64,000 nucleotides of DNA from an uncultured Nitrososphaerota archaeon (GCA_964416155.1 CAYQCW010000002.1:108748-172747); one strand, 5' to 3'; positions 46,201 through 55,005 are shown, counted from the stretch's first letter. The notes: generated from the letters alone by a model not told the origin. Translations and numbers: made by a program.

Positions 46201-47811
46201 AACCCTGCCTTGAAGAGCAGCATAGCCAGGGTGTCCTCTCGTGCTTGAAGGCAGAAACCTTGTTGGCTTGATCGAGGCCCTATCGATATTCCACTCAATC
46301 CGGAGAAGTCTGTCAACAATGTGGATGATAAGTTGCAAGTACGGGTCTAAAACGTCTACATTAGCGTAGTTCGAATCATCTATAGGGGAGCCCACGTAGA
46401 TCCTGTTTGAGCGCCTAGTGGTTATTGAGAACGCCGGTATGCCGGCGATCGAAGCAGGCTCAGAGTCCAGCATGAATGGAATGGGCTCGGTGCCTGAAAA
46501 AATATTGTATGCAAAGAAAATGCTTACGAGCGACGAGATAAATGCGCCGGATGGGGCTGAAACATTAATGTTCGGTATCCTCCTCGCGAAGCCTCTGACC
46601 TCAGGCGTGTCAATCATGCTGCCTATCGCCGTACTAAACCAAGAGAGCCTAAGCGGGAAGCCGCCGCTATGTATAGGGGTCGCGCCGTAGGTTGAGTACT
46701 GGCTGGCGTGAAGAAGCTGCAGGCCGTCGGAGTCGCTAGCCATAAGGTCGAAATTTATGTTTCCGAGGATATTTATCCTGCCACTGCTAACATCCTCTCT
46801 GAAAAAGTAGTCTTCGACAAACTCTCTTGAGCCGCTTAGCGCCTGCCAGTGTCCCGAGTAAAGCGTTATCCACACGGAATACCTGGGCGGGTTGGACTTG
46901 AGGTGGCGAGCATACTCGAGCAGTAGGGCCAAGGGTAAAAGCTCAGTCTTACTCTTCGACAATCCTGGGACAACAGACCATGTGTCGAAATGCGCAGACA
47001 GTATGACGACCTCGTTAGGCGAAGCCGTCCCATTTATAAATCCAACAATATTCTCCGCCTCGATCTCCCTCCAGACCGTTCTCGAAACGACCTTGACCCG
47101 AGTGGCGGCTTTCAAAACATTCCAATCCCGCTTCTCAACGTAAACCCTCGTGAAACCCATGGGAGTATCCAGGAATTTAGAGTAGCACTCTTGGTAAGTT
47201 GTTTGCTCCGGCTCTATGAATATTACTGCCTGGGCTCCTAGGTTGGCTGCTTTAAGCCAGTTGTCACGGGAATTAAACTCCATGGCAACTATGGCGCCCT
47301 CAACATTCTTCCCGTCTAAGTATTGCAAATCTCCTATCCCGGCATAAATCAGGCTTCCAACAATCCCGTCGGAGGGAGTTGGACAAGGGTTAACACCGTT
47401 AGGATAGAGCGAGTAAGCTTTAAACCTTGCTTTAAACGGCTCTAAAGCCTCGATGTAAGTCTCCTCGTCGTAGGGCACCAGCACTTTATACTTGTGTTTC
47501 TGGGTTGCTATCCCCACGTCATTCTTAAGATAGTTGTAAAGATGTTCGAGCGTCTTATAGTAGCCAGGGTAACCGGTCATTCTAGAACCGTAGGAAGATA
47601 CTTCTGTTACAAACCGGTTCATCCAAGCCGTGTCTAATGGGAAAAGGTTTTCCGCTTCGGCTGAAACAGGAGTGCTTAAACCAGGTTTAAAATCAGGGTT
47701 TAAAGATGACGCGTAATGCTGCCCACGGGTTGCGGGAACCTGCGCGACCTGCGTGAGGAAAACAGATAGGAGGATAAGCGATATTGACATAATTTTAATT
47801 CTACTAGTCAT
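43255..47811 (-). CDS. Large membrane protein: signal peptide, PA domain, degenerate M28 peptidase fold, TM bundle, MacB-like loop, FtsX-like permease domain
   Basis: GSRMTGYPG, LIYAGIG..VEGAIV (PA), SAHFD (M28), MRRRPFRAIL, LRERVREVHIFNIVGLSP (FtsX), ATPSLERRW. Confidence 0.8.
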   Translation of the reverse strand: MTSRIKIMSISLILLSVFLTQVAQVPATRGQHYASSLNPDFKPGLSTPVSAEAENLFPLDTAWMNRFVTEVSSYGSRMTGYPGYYKTLEHLYNYLKNDVGIATQKHKYKVLVPYDEETYIEALEPFKARFKAYSLYPNGVNPCPTPSDGIVGSLIYAGIGDLQYLDGKNVEGAIVAMEFNSRDNWLKAANLGAQAVIFIEPEQTTYQECYSKFLDTPMGFTRVYVEKRDWNVLKAATRVKVVSRTVWREIEAENIVGFINGTASPNEVVILSAHFDTWSVVPGLSKSKTELLPLALLLEYARHLKSNPPRYSVWITLYSGHWQALSGSREFVEDYFFREDVSSGRINILGNINFDLMASDSDGLQLLHASQYSTYGATPIHSGGFPLRLSWFSTAIGSMIDTPEVRGFARRIPNINVSAPSGAFISSLVSIFFAYNIFSGTEPIPFMLDSEPASIAGIPAFSITTRRSNRIYVGSPIDDSNYANVDVLDPYLQLIIHIVDRLLRIEWNIDRASIKPTRFLPSSTRGHPGYAALQGRVVVYNYSKGWYDVVPNALVEVRLVTSTYKLNRIVMKSGEDGSFTVHGVPIAGAAGGGGTAVIFSRWIARGWVFNDEGVITMATDLGQFGMANFPLEITVLHAYENVTVVIAKAVSVEVLDFEIPTVIITPSIIDPRAGAFEMWRSPPQPVMVFSFEMLTKSPPISYGYYSNGWEPVSIVWVQPEVRFVVASPTGILLTNSSLENTEGSGFYVKYGERERVCFSTFRTAKDLYYVSYGRYLELVKRNMGSPSADETLNKARRYIEEVEKLLNERKYSGMYAYALLARAYAVRAYSVEVMPLINDSAKSLLYMFILVIFGAFFLEKLIIRAHGSRRIITLAVLAAIFLALFSILHPAFGLMSNISLGMMGSLILIIIIVVFIIILSISEEVRKGIEKRILGVHRAEVSRLDTAMISFSLGGEHMRRRPFRAILVFITLITMVVAMTSFTSLMPGRVTLPVTRYGYECNSYRNEILIKQGRGVPPNILSDKVLDIAEIFAGEKYYVFPRVWIYGPVDRAAWTTSFRVWSATNTSRVPAIMGLTVEEFNRIVRGTCIVRGGLLSDDADQAVISRSLATNLSVTIGDTIYVSGIRFTVTGIIDSNEVDFLQEADGYNIFPANPNFFPTISRDMAVSAQAGTSPPNLDVSTTIIIPYRRALMIGGYIASIAIVPKENMSFNEIFGLAKELAYSLDLSIYVSHQGKPYLLSTFTTVLLGGWEIIWMIVILGALNIFTTVLGSLRERVREVHIFNIVGLSPMGVTVFFMTEVIVYAIISALVGYIAGYFMTRVFMLVGILPSEHVFNFASAFAILGTLVTMASALAAAAYPSYIASKVATPSLERRWKFKTKPKGNEWDIPLLISVSTIEEGRGLLAYLHEYFAGAGAVKEGVHMVKELQPPNYEDLSLSLTVSLSPFEVGVSQRVDIAARLNEEVKRYDVILHLERLTGPQSTWVTSNYRFVNELRKQLIMWGSFSAAEKAGYISMAKA

Positions 47812-47909
47812 GTCTTTGAGAAAAGGGGAGCAACCGGCTTATAAGTTTTTAGCGGAAATTAAAAACTTTTATATTGGAGCCCTGAAGGGAAAAACGAGGT
47901 GAAGGGCAC

Positions 47910-49823
47910 CTGACGCAAGCCTCGCAGGAATTTTCACCGGGAGTGACTTGGAGAAGCATCTTAGCAATGATAATGGCCGCATTAATCTTCTTGCCATCCT
48001 CAATATATTTATGGTTTGCAGTAGGATCCGGAGTGAGCGTAGCCGCAACCTACGTGACAGCAATACTTTTCACAGCTTTAACACAGATTTACGGTAGGAG
48101 GCTTTCAAGACAGGAGCTTTTCATCATTTATTCTATCGTGGGAGGAATAGGCGGAGCCATGCCGATGTACTACTGGCTTGTCTACAGGTCTTACTATGTT
48201 ATGAACCCTTTGAGCCTAGAGTTCACGCTTTTCAACACTCCGCTTAGGGAATACGTTCCCACATGGATGTCTCCCCCAGTAACGTCAGTTGTCCACCAGC
48301 TGAGAACCCTGCTGCATCCAGACTGGTTTTTCGCCCTAGGTGTAAACCTTGCCTTCTCACTCTTGGGCCTGGCAGCGGAATTATCCATAGGCATACTTTT
48401 CTCCTACATTTACGTGGTGGAGGAGCCTCTGCCATTCCCGTTCGCACAGATCGACACAGCCATGGTGAACACGCTGCACGACAGGAGGCCTCAGGACCTG
48501 CTTTACTTCATCCTGTCTTTGACAATGGGAGCCATATACGGCTTAATCCTTTACCTGGTACCCATGCTTATCGGCCCCTGGGCGCGTTTAATCCCATATC
48601 CTTGGGTTGACTTAACACCCTACACGCAGTTCTTCCTGCCCGGGGCGGTCATAGGCATAGCTACAGACCCGTTGAGCTTCCTCTACGGCATGATCCTGCC
48701 CCCCTCGTTGACTTTCGCCATGCTAGTGGGATCGGTAATCACATGGATCTTCGGAAACACTCTTACCCTCACAACTTTCAAGAGTTTTTCTCCCCAGTGG
48801 GTTGAAGAGTATTCTCCAGGCATGGGAATATTCCTGATACTTCAGAGGGCAGGCTTAAGACTCTGGCTTTCCCTTTTCATGGGATTATCCTTTGGTCTAG
48901 CCATCTTCCTTTTAGCATCAACCAGTAGGAAAATCGTGGCAGCGTTTAAAACGCTTCCGAAGCTAAGCAGGGTGAAGGGTGGACCAGGATATCCTTCACC
49001 CAAGATACTGCTCGCCACATTCTTCGGCTCCACGGTTCTGAGCGCACTACTCTACGTGGTACTTCTCCCAGACGTTCCATTCTGGCTGCCCATACTGGTA
49101 TCAGTAGGGTTCAGCTTCGTTTTAGCATCCGTCGGCGCCAGGATTTATGGTGAACTCGGATTAAGCTTCTCTTCGGACTTCATATACAACATGTGGAAGG
49201 CAGCCATATACTTCAGCCCCTACAACGGTTACGCGGGATGGATTTTCACACCCGCTATAGCAGGATTCTCCACACCGTACTTCGCAAACTCCACCAAGGT
49301 GGCGTATGCGACGGGGACAAGACCCATGGACTATTTTAAGGCTGTCATAATATCCTTCATACTTGTAACAACGTTCGGCCTTATTTTTACAGACTTCTTC
49401 TGGAGAATAGCCCCGATACCCTCCTACTTATTCCCATACGTGTACGGTATTTGGCCGAACTACGCTATTAGCGACTCGCTGTTTGCCACTCGGCAGATAC
49501 TCATAAAGTCAGACCAGATACTGATGGGAATGGGCATATCTATTGGCGTAAGTCTAATCTCCATTCCGCTTAACAGACTGGGAATACCGTTCAACCCGGT
49601 TGGGCTAGTGGGAGGAATGTACAGTACGCCGCCCTACACGATAATGGTGTTCCTAATGTCTCTTGCAAGCAAGTATTTGATGACGCGCATACTCGGACCG
49701 GAAAAATGGTTGTCAATAAGAGGCGTAGTCCTAGCAGGGTTCGCAGCAGGCATGGGCATTGTTGTAGCGATGGGGACCACGATCACTCTGGTTTCAAGAG
49801 CCTCATGGATATGGCCCTGGTAG
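47910..49823 (+). CDS. OPT (oligopeptide transporter) superfamily-like membrane protein
   Basis: GVTWRS, LSRQELFII, EEPLPFPFA, FWRIAPIPS; many TM helices. Start proposed at CTG 47910; the ORF track uses GTG 47943. Confidence 0.75.
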   Translation: MTQASQEFSPGVTWRSILAMIMAALIFLPSSIYLWFAVGSGVSVAATYVTAILFTALTQIYGRRLSRQELFIIYSIVGGIGGAMPMYYWLVYRSYYVMNPLSLEFTLFNTPLREYVPTWMSPPVTSVVHQLRTLLHPDWFFALGVNLAFSLLGLAAELSIGILFSYIYVVEEPLPFPFAQIDTAMVNTLHDRRPQDLLYFILSLTMGAIYGLILYLVPMLIGPWARLIPYPWVDLTPYTQFFLPGAVIGIATDPLSFLYGMILPPSLTFAMLVGSVITWIFGNTLTLTTFKSFSPQWVEEYSPGMGIFLILQRAGLRLWLSLFMGLSFGLAIFLLASTSRKIVAAFKTLPKLSRVKGGPGYPSPKILLATFFGSTVLSALLYVVLLPDVPFWLPILVSVGFSFVLASVGARIYGELGLSFSSDFIYNMWKAAIYFSPYNGYAGWIFTPAIAGFSTPYFANSTKVAYATGTRPMDYFKAVIISFILVTTFGLIFTDFFWRIAPIPSYLFPYVYGIWPNYAISDSLFATRQILIKSDQILMGMGISIGVSLISIPLNRLGIPFNPVGLVGGMYSTPPYTIMVFLMSLASKYLMTRILGPEKWLSIRGVVLAGFAAGMGIVVAMGTTITLVSRASWIWPW

Positions 49824-49944
49824 AAAAAGACCCTAACATTTAACAAAAATTTCTCCGTCACACGCGTTTTAAAATACTTAGGCTTAAATATAAACGTCGC
49901 CCGGTTTAAGACTTATTACCTTTTAAAGAGCCTTTCTAAACGGA

Positions 49945-52659
49945 ATGAGAAAAGCGGTTTTAATCCTGATGGCGGTAGGCTTGATAGTGTCTTTAGCCTT
50001 CCTCCAAAACCTGTTTAAACCCGTAACGGTTGAGAAAAGAATGTTTCCCTTCTATCTTCCCTGGGACGACGGGGAGCAGACCGCGACAAGCATAAGCAGT
50101 AGGCTCAATAAGCCGGCAGGCAGCCTTGAACACGTATATGTGGGAGAGGACGGCCATCTTTACGTCAACGGTGAAAGAATAAAGTTCCTAGGCGTCAATA
50201 TTTGTGGAGGCGCATGCTTCCCAGAGAAGGACGAGGCCGGTAAGATAGCTGGCAGACTCGCTAAATACGGGGTCAACGTGGTGCGTTTCCACCATATGGA
50301 TGCGAGCTGGGAGGCTTTCAACATATTCGACAAAGCCGCTGGAGGTACACGCCGCCTCAATAAGGATGCGCTCGACAGGCTTGACTATTTTATTTCAAAA
50401 CTTAAGGAGAACGGCATATATGTCAACCTAAACCTGCTCGTATCGAGAAGGTTTACTTCCGCGGATGGTCTACCTAGAGAAGTGGAGACGGTGGACTGGA
50501 AGGATCAGCAGGTCCTCGGGTTTTTCATCGATAAGGTTGAAGAGCTTGAGAAAGAGTATGCTAGGCAACTCTTAACCCATTTAAACCCATACACTGGAAT
50601 GACTTACGCTGAGGACCCTGTTGTGGCATTCGTTGAAATAGTGAATGAGCAGGGGCTTATGCATTCTTGGCTCGGCGGCGTGGTTGACAGGCTTCCACAG
50701 GTCTTTAAAAAAAGGCTTCAGGAGAAGTGGAACGCCTATTTGGGTTCCAAGTACCTGTCTGACGAGGAGTTTAGAAAAGCATGGGGCGTTGAGACAGGCC
50801 CAGGGGCTCAGGCAGAGGTTCTCAGGAACGGTTGCTTCGAAAAAGGTTTAGAGGGGTGGGTGGTTGAGGTTCACAACGGTGCGCAAGCATCAGCAAAAGT
50901 GGCTGAGGAGGATGTGGGAAGAGTTCTGGAAATCAGGGTTACGAGGCTCGGATCTGAAAGCTGGCATGTGCAGTTCAACCAGCCGGGTTTAAGAATAAAG
51001 CGGGGTGAAAACTATCTTGTCAGGTTTAAGGCTAAGGCTGATAAAACGGTTAGTGTAAGCATAGGCCTGGTTCAGGCTCATGAGCCCTGGAGACTGGTTT
51101 CGCAAAGGGTTGAAGTATCGCTGGCCACAGAATGGAGAGAGTACGAGGTTGCCCTAGTTGCGTCGGAATCAGAGGACAACGCTAGGCTAGACGTCTCGGG
51201 GCTTGGGAGAAGCATAGCAGCCTACCTGTTCTCCTGCTTCTCCATGAGGCTTTTCAGCGGATACGGTGCGATGGAGGACGAGAGCGTTGAAAAAGCAACT
51301 GTTAAGATACTGACTCTCGCCGAATACGGCTTGAGGACGAGCGTAGCCAGAAGAGACTGGGTTGAATTCCTATACAACATGGAGGAAGAGTTTTTCATGG
51401 AGATGCGGAGATTCATTAAAGATGAGCTTGGCGTGAAAGCCCTCGTGATAGGCACCGTAGTCGGGTGTAGCACGCCCAACATAATGTCTATGCTTGACAT
51501 TATAGATACGCATGCCTACTGGAACCACCCCTCTTTCCCAGGGACCCCTTGGGACCCTAGCAACTGGTACGTGGTTAACGAGCCGATGGTTAACAATCCC
51601 CAGCGGAGCACCATAGTAGGCCTGGCTGTTAAAAGGGTTGAGAACAAGCCTCACTTCGTCACTGAATACAATCATCCTGCTCCGAACATGTATGATTCTG
51701 AAACAGTCATAACACTAGCCGCGTACGCTGCGCTACAAGACTGGGATGGAATATTCCTGTTCGACTATGGGAGCCGGGGCAACTGGGACTCCAAGAGAAT
51801 AAGAGGGTTCTTCGACATTGACCAGCACCCTGTTAAAATGGCGACCCTGATAGCCGCGCACATGATATTCTTAAGAGGAGACGTTAAGCCGGCCGACCGG
51901 CTCGTTTCCATAAGACTGAACAGGCAGGATGAGATAAACCTGATAGCGAGCGGGAGAGTCTACGCTTGGGCGCTGCCGGATGCTGGCCACATGGGCTTAA
52001 ACCCATTGGTCTCTCTAACGCATAGAGTAGCCATCAAACTCGACGGGGAAGCATTCCCCGAGGCCGATTTGAATGTTTCTGGGCCTGTTTACCGCTCCGA
52101 TACCGGGGAAGTCGCTTGGGACACTTATGCTGGGAGGGGAATCATAACGATTAACACTTCTAGAAGCATTGCCGCCATAGGGTTCTCAGGTGGTAGAAGC
52201 CTCGACTTCGGAGCACTCGTTATAGACCAAGGGGAAACGCTTCTAGAAGGCTGGAGCATTATAACCATCACAGTGCTGGAGGGAGAGAGCTTCGAGTCTT
52301 GGAGCAGGCTTCTGCTCATAGCTGCCGGCTATGTTACGAACACCGGGATGAGGCTCCGCACGCTTGAGGGAAACATAGCGTTGTTAACGTGGAGACTGAA
52401 TGATTTGACTGACGTGAAACCGCTCATGGAGCCCGTAACGTGCGGCACAAACTGGGGTTCGGCTCCAACACTAGTAGAAGGGGTTAGGGCAACGCTAAGG
52501 GTTAAAACAGACAGGGAGATAGAAGTATGGGCGTTAGACAGTATAGGGAACAGGGTTGGGAGGGCCCAGGTTTCTACCGAGGGGAAGTACAAAGTTTTTT
52601 CAATTGGGCCTGATTTTCAGACCATCTGGTATGAGATAGCTCTATCTGAAACCGGTTAA
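49945..52659 (+). CDS. Secreted/anchored GH5-like glycoside hydrolase with inserted CBM4/9 module
   Basis: N-terminal signal/TM; GVNVVRFHHMD, EIVNEQG (acid/base), FVTEYNH (nucleophile); insert LRNGCFEKGLEGW...WHVQFNQ...YLVRFKAKAD (CBM4/9). Confidence 0.85.
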   Translation: MRKAVLILMAVGLIVSLAFLQNLFKPVTVEKRMFPFYLPWDDGEQTATSISSRLNKPAGSLEHVYVGEDGHLYVNGERIKFLGVNICGGACFPEKDEAGKIAGRLAKYGVNVVRFHHMDASWEAFNIFDKAAGGTRRLNKDALDRLDYFISKLKENGIYVNLNLLVSRRFTSADGLPREVETVDWKDQQVLGFFIDKVEELEKEYARQLLTHLNPYTGMTYAEDPVVAFVEIVNEQGLMHSWLGGVVDRLPQVFKKRLQEKWNAYLGSKYLSDEEFRKAWGVETGPGAQAEVLRNGCFEKGLEGWVVEVHNGAQASAKVAEEDVGRVLEIRVTRLGSESWHVQFNQPGLRIKRGENYLVRFKAKADKTVSVSIGLVQAHEPWRLVSQRVEVSLATEWREYEVALVASESEDNARLDVSGLGRSIAAYLFSCFSMRLFSGYGAMEDESVEKATVKILTLAEYGLRTSVARRDWVEFLYNMEEEFFMEMRRFIKDELGVKALVIGTVVGCSTPNIMSMLDIIDTHAYWNHPSFPGTPWDPSNWYVVNEPMVNNPQRSTIVGLAVKRVENKPHFVTEYNHPAPNMYDSETVITLAAYAALQDWDGIFLFDYGSRGNWDSKRIRGFFDIDQHPVKMATLIAAHMIFLRGDVKPADRLVSIRLNRQDEINLIASGRVYAWALPDAGHMGLNPLVSLTHRVAIKLDGEAFPEADLNVSGPVYRSDTGEVAWDTYAGRGIITINTSRSIAAIGFSGGRSLDFGALVIDQGETLLEGWSIITITVLEGESFESWSRLLLIAAGYVTNTGMRLRTLEGNIALLTWRLNDLTDVKPLMEPVTCGTNWGSAPTLVEGVRATLRVKTDREIEVWALDSIGNRVGRAQVSTEGKYKVFSIGPDFQTIWYEIALSETG

Positions 52660-52732
52660 CCGATACTTTAAAAGTAAGCTGCTGGCAGCAGGGTGATAAG
52701 TTCTTATGCCCCTTCGGCAACCAAATAGTATA

Positions 52733-53527
52733 ATGACACTGGAGGCGAAGAGGCTTAGCACAGGAGTTGAGGGGTTGGACTCCCTGCTTCAAGGCGGGAT
52801 ACCTGAGGGTTTCTTCGTCGCAGTCACCGGGGAACCCGGCTGTGGAAAGACAATACTCTCAATACACTTCATCAACAAGGGTGTTGAAGAGGGAGACAAG
52901 TGCATCTACGTCACAACTGAAGAAAGCAGGGAGTCCATAGTCAGGCAGGCTTTACAGTTTAAAATGGATTTCCAGAGGAAGATTGAGGAGGGCAAGCTGA
53001 TAATAATCGACGCCTTAATGGGTAGGACGGATAAGTGGAGCTTGCAGAGCCTAGACATGGAGGCACTTGTGTCCAAGATAATAGAGGCTAAGAAGGAGCT
53101 TGGATATGGTCGGGCTAGGATCGTCATCGACAGTCTTTCAGCATTCTGGCTCGACAAGCCCGCCATGGCTAGAAGGTACAGCTACTACGTTAAGAAGGTT
53201 CTATCCAAGTGGAACTTCACAATACTTGCTGTGAGCCAGTATGCTATAACCACTGCTGAGAGCTTCGGCTTCGGCGTGGAGCACATAGCGGACGGAATAA
53301 TAAGGTTCAGGAGGCTTTTGAGAGGTGGCGAGTTGAAAAGGTTCATCGTCATCGAGAAGATGAGGCAGACCGACCACAGCAGGTATCTGCACGAGATCGA
53401 TATTAAACCCGGCGTAGGCCTAGTGGTTCTGGGCAGGGTTGAGAGGAGAGTTGAAGACTATAAGCTTCCTTATGAAGTCATGAGGAAAATAGTTGAAGCG
53501 AAAAAGGAGGCTGAGAAGGGGCTGTGA
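52733..53527 (+). CDS. Archaeal single-domain KaiC-like (RecA-superfamily) ATPase
   Basis: RLSTGVEGLD, GEPGCGKT, YVTTEES, IVIDS, EHIADGII, IEKMRQTDH. Confidence 0.92.
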   Translation: MTLEAKRLSTGVEGLDSLLQGGIPEGFFVAVTGEPGCGKTILSIHFINKGVEEGDKCIYVTTEESRESIVRQALQFKMDFQRKIEEGKLIIIDALMGRTDKWSLQSLDMEALVSKIIEAKKELGYGRARIVIDSLSAFWLDKPAMARRYSYYVKKVLSKWNFTILAVSQYAITTAESFGFGVEHIADGIIRFRRLLRGGELKRFIVIEKMRQTDHSRYLHEIDIKPGVGLVVLGRVERRVEDYKLPYEVMRKIVEAKKEAEKGL

Positions 53528-54408
53528 GCCTCCGGCTTCCACTGCACCATTATGGAAAACCCGAGGTAAGGATTGAGATAGCCGAATACTGTAGGAACCG
53601 TTGGGTAGCCGTCCATTGCGAGAAGACCCTAGAGGACGCTACGCGTATGATGATCAGGTATGAAAAAGGAAGACCGTTAACCATAGGCTCCGAGTCGGAA
53701 TTAGCCCTGCTAATCAACCGCTACAGGGAATACTGGCCAAGAGCCTTCTATGCCACGCCCCACATATACTCCAAGCTTAAAACCAGGGAGGACCTGCTGG
53801 ATAGGAGTAACATAGTGTATTCTTCTCCCGTGTTGGACATAGATTCTAAGGACGGGGACTGGAGGAAAGCGGTTAGCAAAGCCCAGGAAATAGTAGGCCT
53901 GTTGGATAAACTAGGCGTGGCTAAATCCATCTTTGTCAAGTGGAGTGGCCGGGGCGCTCACGTTCACGTCAACCCTTTCTGCTTCAGCGCTGATGTCAGG
54001 AAGAAAATAGAGCCGATCGACATAGCGTACTCGATAACGAGCTTCGTGGCAAATAGATTGCAATCAACAGAGGGGCTTGTTGTCGAGAGTCGAATAGATA
54101 TTCAGAGGGTTTTCACGACACCCTTATCCCTGCACAGGATTCTTGACCGTGTGGCCGTATGCTTCCCCCCTGAGAAACTGGAGGAGTTCGACATAAGCTG
54201 GACAGACCCGGAGAGCTACGTCCATTTCCCCGAGTCCTGGAGGTGCTTTTCAGAAGGCGAGGGAGATGAGCTGGCTAAAACAGCTTTCGACTCGATAGGC
54301 CCATATGTAGCCGGTAGACACAGGAGCCGGAAACACAAGCCACTCGACACTGAAATATTGGAGACGATTGAGAAACTTAGCCACAGTGTTCAGGAGGACA
54401 CGTCTTAA
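53524..54408 (+). CDS. Archaeo-eukaryotic primase (AEP) superfamily-like protein
   Basis: VLDID (motif I), WSGRGAHVH (motif II), IDIQRVFTTPLSLH (motif III region); GTGA overlap with the KaiC gene. Confidence 0.65.
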   Translation: MSLRLPLHHYGKPEVRIEIAEYCRNRWVAVHCEKTLEDATRMMIRYEKGRPLTIGSESELALLINRYREYWPRAFYATPHIYSKLKTREDLLDRSNIVYSSPVLDIDSKDGDWRKAVSKAQEIVGLLDKLGVAKSIFVKWSGRGAHVHVNPFCFSADVRKKIEPIDIAYSITSFVANRLQSTEGLVVESRIDIQRVFTTPLSLHRILDRVAVCFPPEKLEEFDISWTDPESYVHFPESWRCFSEGEGDELAKTAFDSIGPYVAGRHRSRKHKPLDTEILETIEKLSHSVQEDTS

Positions 54409-54620
54409 AACAACTATTTGAACAATCAGCATGTTTAGAAAAAAGCCGGAATCGATAGTACTTGAAATAAAAACAGGAAGAAAAAATGCTAAGAGTGGGG
54501 TTTGATAAAAACTGGAGAGCAGTAATCCCAGGCGAAACCAGGATGAGGAGAAGAGGATTATAGAAATACTGGAGGCACCGAAATTATTCATAAGTCTATA
54601 ATCATAACAGCGTGCTAAAC

Positions 54621-54944
54621 TTATTGCTTTCTAAGCTCCGTACTCATCCATTCTAGGTAGCTTCTACTTCCAGAAACTACTGGCATTGCAATAATCTCCG
54701 GGATCTCATAAGAATGATTTTCTCTAATAGTTTTCTCAAGTTCTTCATACAGGTCTTCTCTGCTCTTGATTACGCATAACCATTCTTCTGCTTCCTCGAT
54801 TCTCCCTCTCCACCAGTATAGGCTCGATACTGGGCCTAATACTTGAACACATCCAGCCAGTCTTCTCTCCAGCAGTATTCTTGCAATCCTCTCAGCCTCC
54901 TTCCTCTCCCCTGTTGTCGTTAAGACCTGAATATATTCGCCCAT
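54621..54944 (-). CDS. cutA: Divalent-cation tolerance protein CutA
   Basis: RLAGCVQ, SLYWWRGRIE, HSYEIPEII, YLEW. Confidence 0.95.
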   Translation of the reverse strand: MGEYIQVLTTTGERKEAERIARILLERRLAGCVQVLGPVSSLYWWRGRIEEAEEWLCVIKSREDLYEELEKTIRENHSYEIPEIIAMPVVSGSRSYLEWMSTELRKQ

Positions 54945-55005
54945 GCGACTAAGTAGGCGGAGCCCCTTAAGAATTTTTCAAAACAACCGGGATTAAAATC
55001 CTTCT

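Noticed and set aside
52733-53527. KaiC as a circadian clock gene
   Set aside because: Single-domain archaeal KaiC-like ATPase with no kaiA or kaiB nearby.
54486-54563. Short ORF MLRVGFDKNWRAVIPGETRMRRRGL resembling an AbrB/MazE N-terminus
   Set aside because: Only 25 codons, weak similarity and no adjacent toxin gene; at most a relic, too weak to call.
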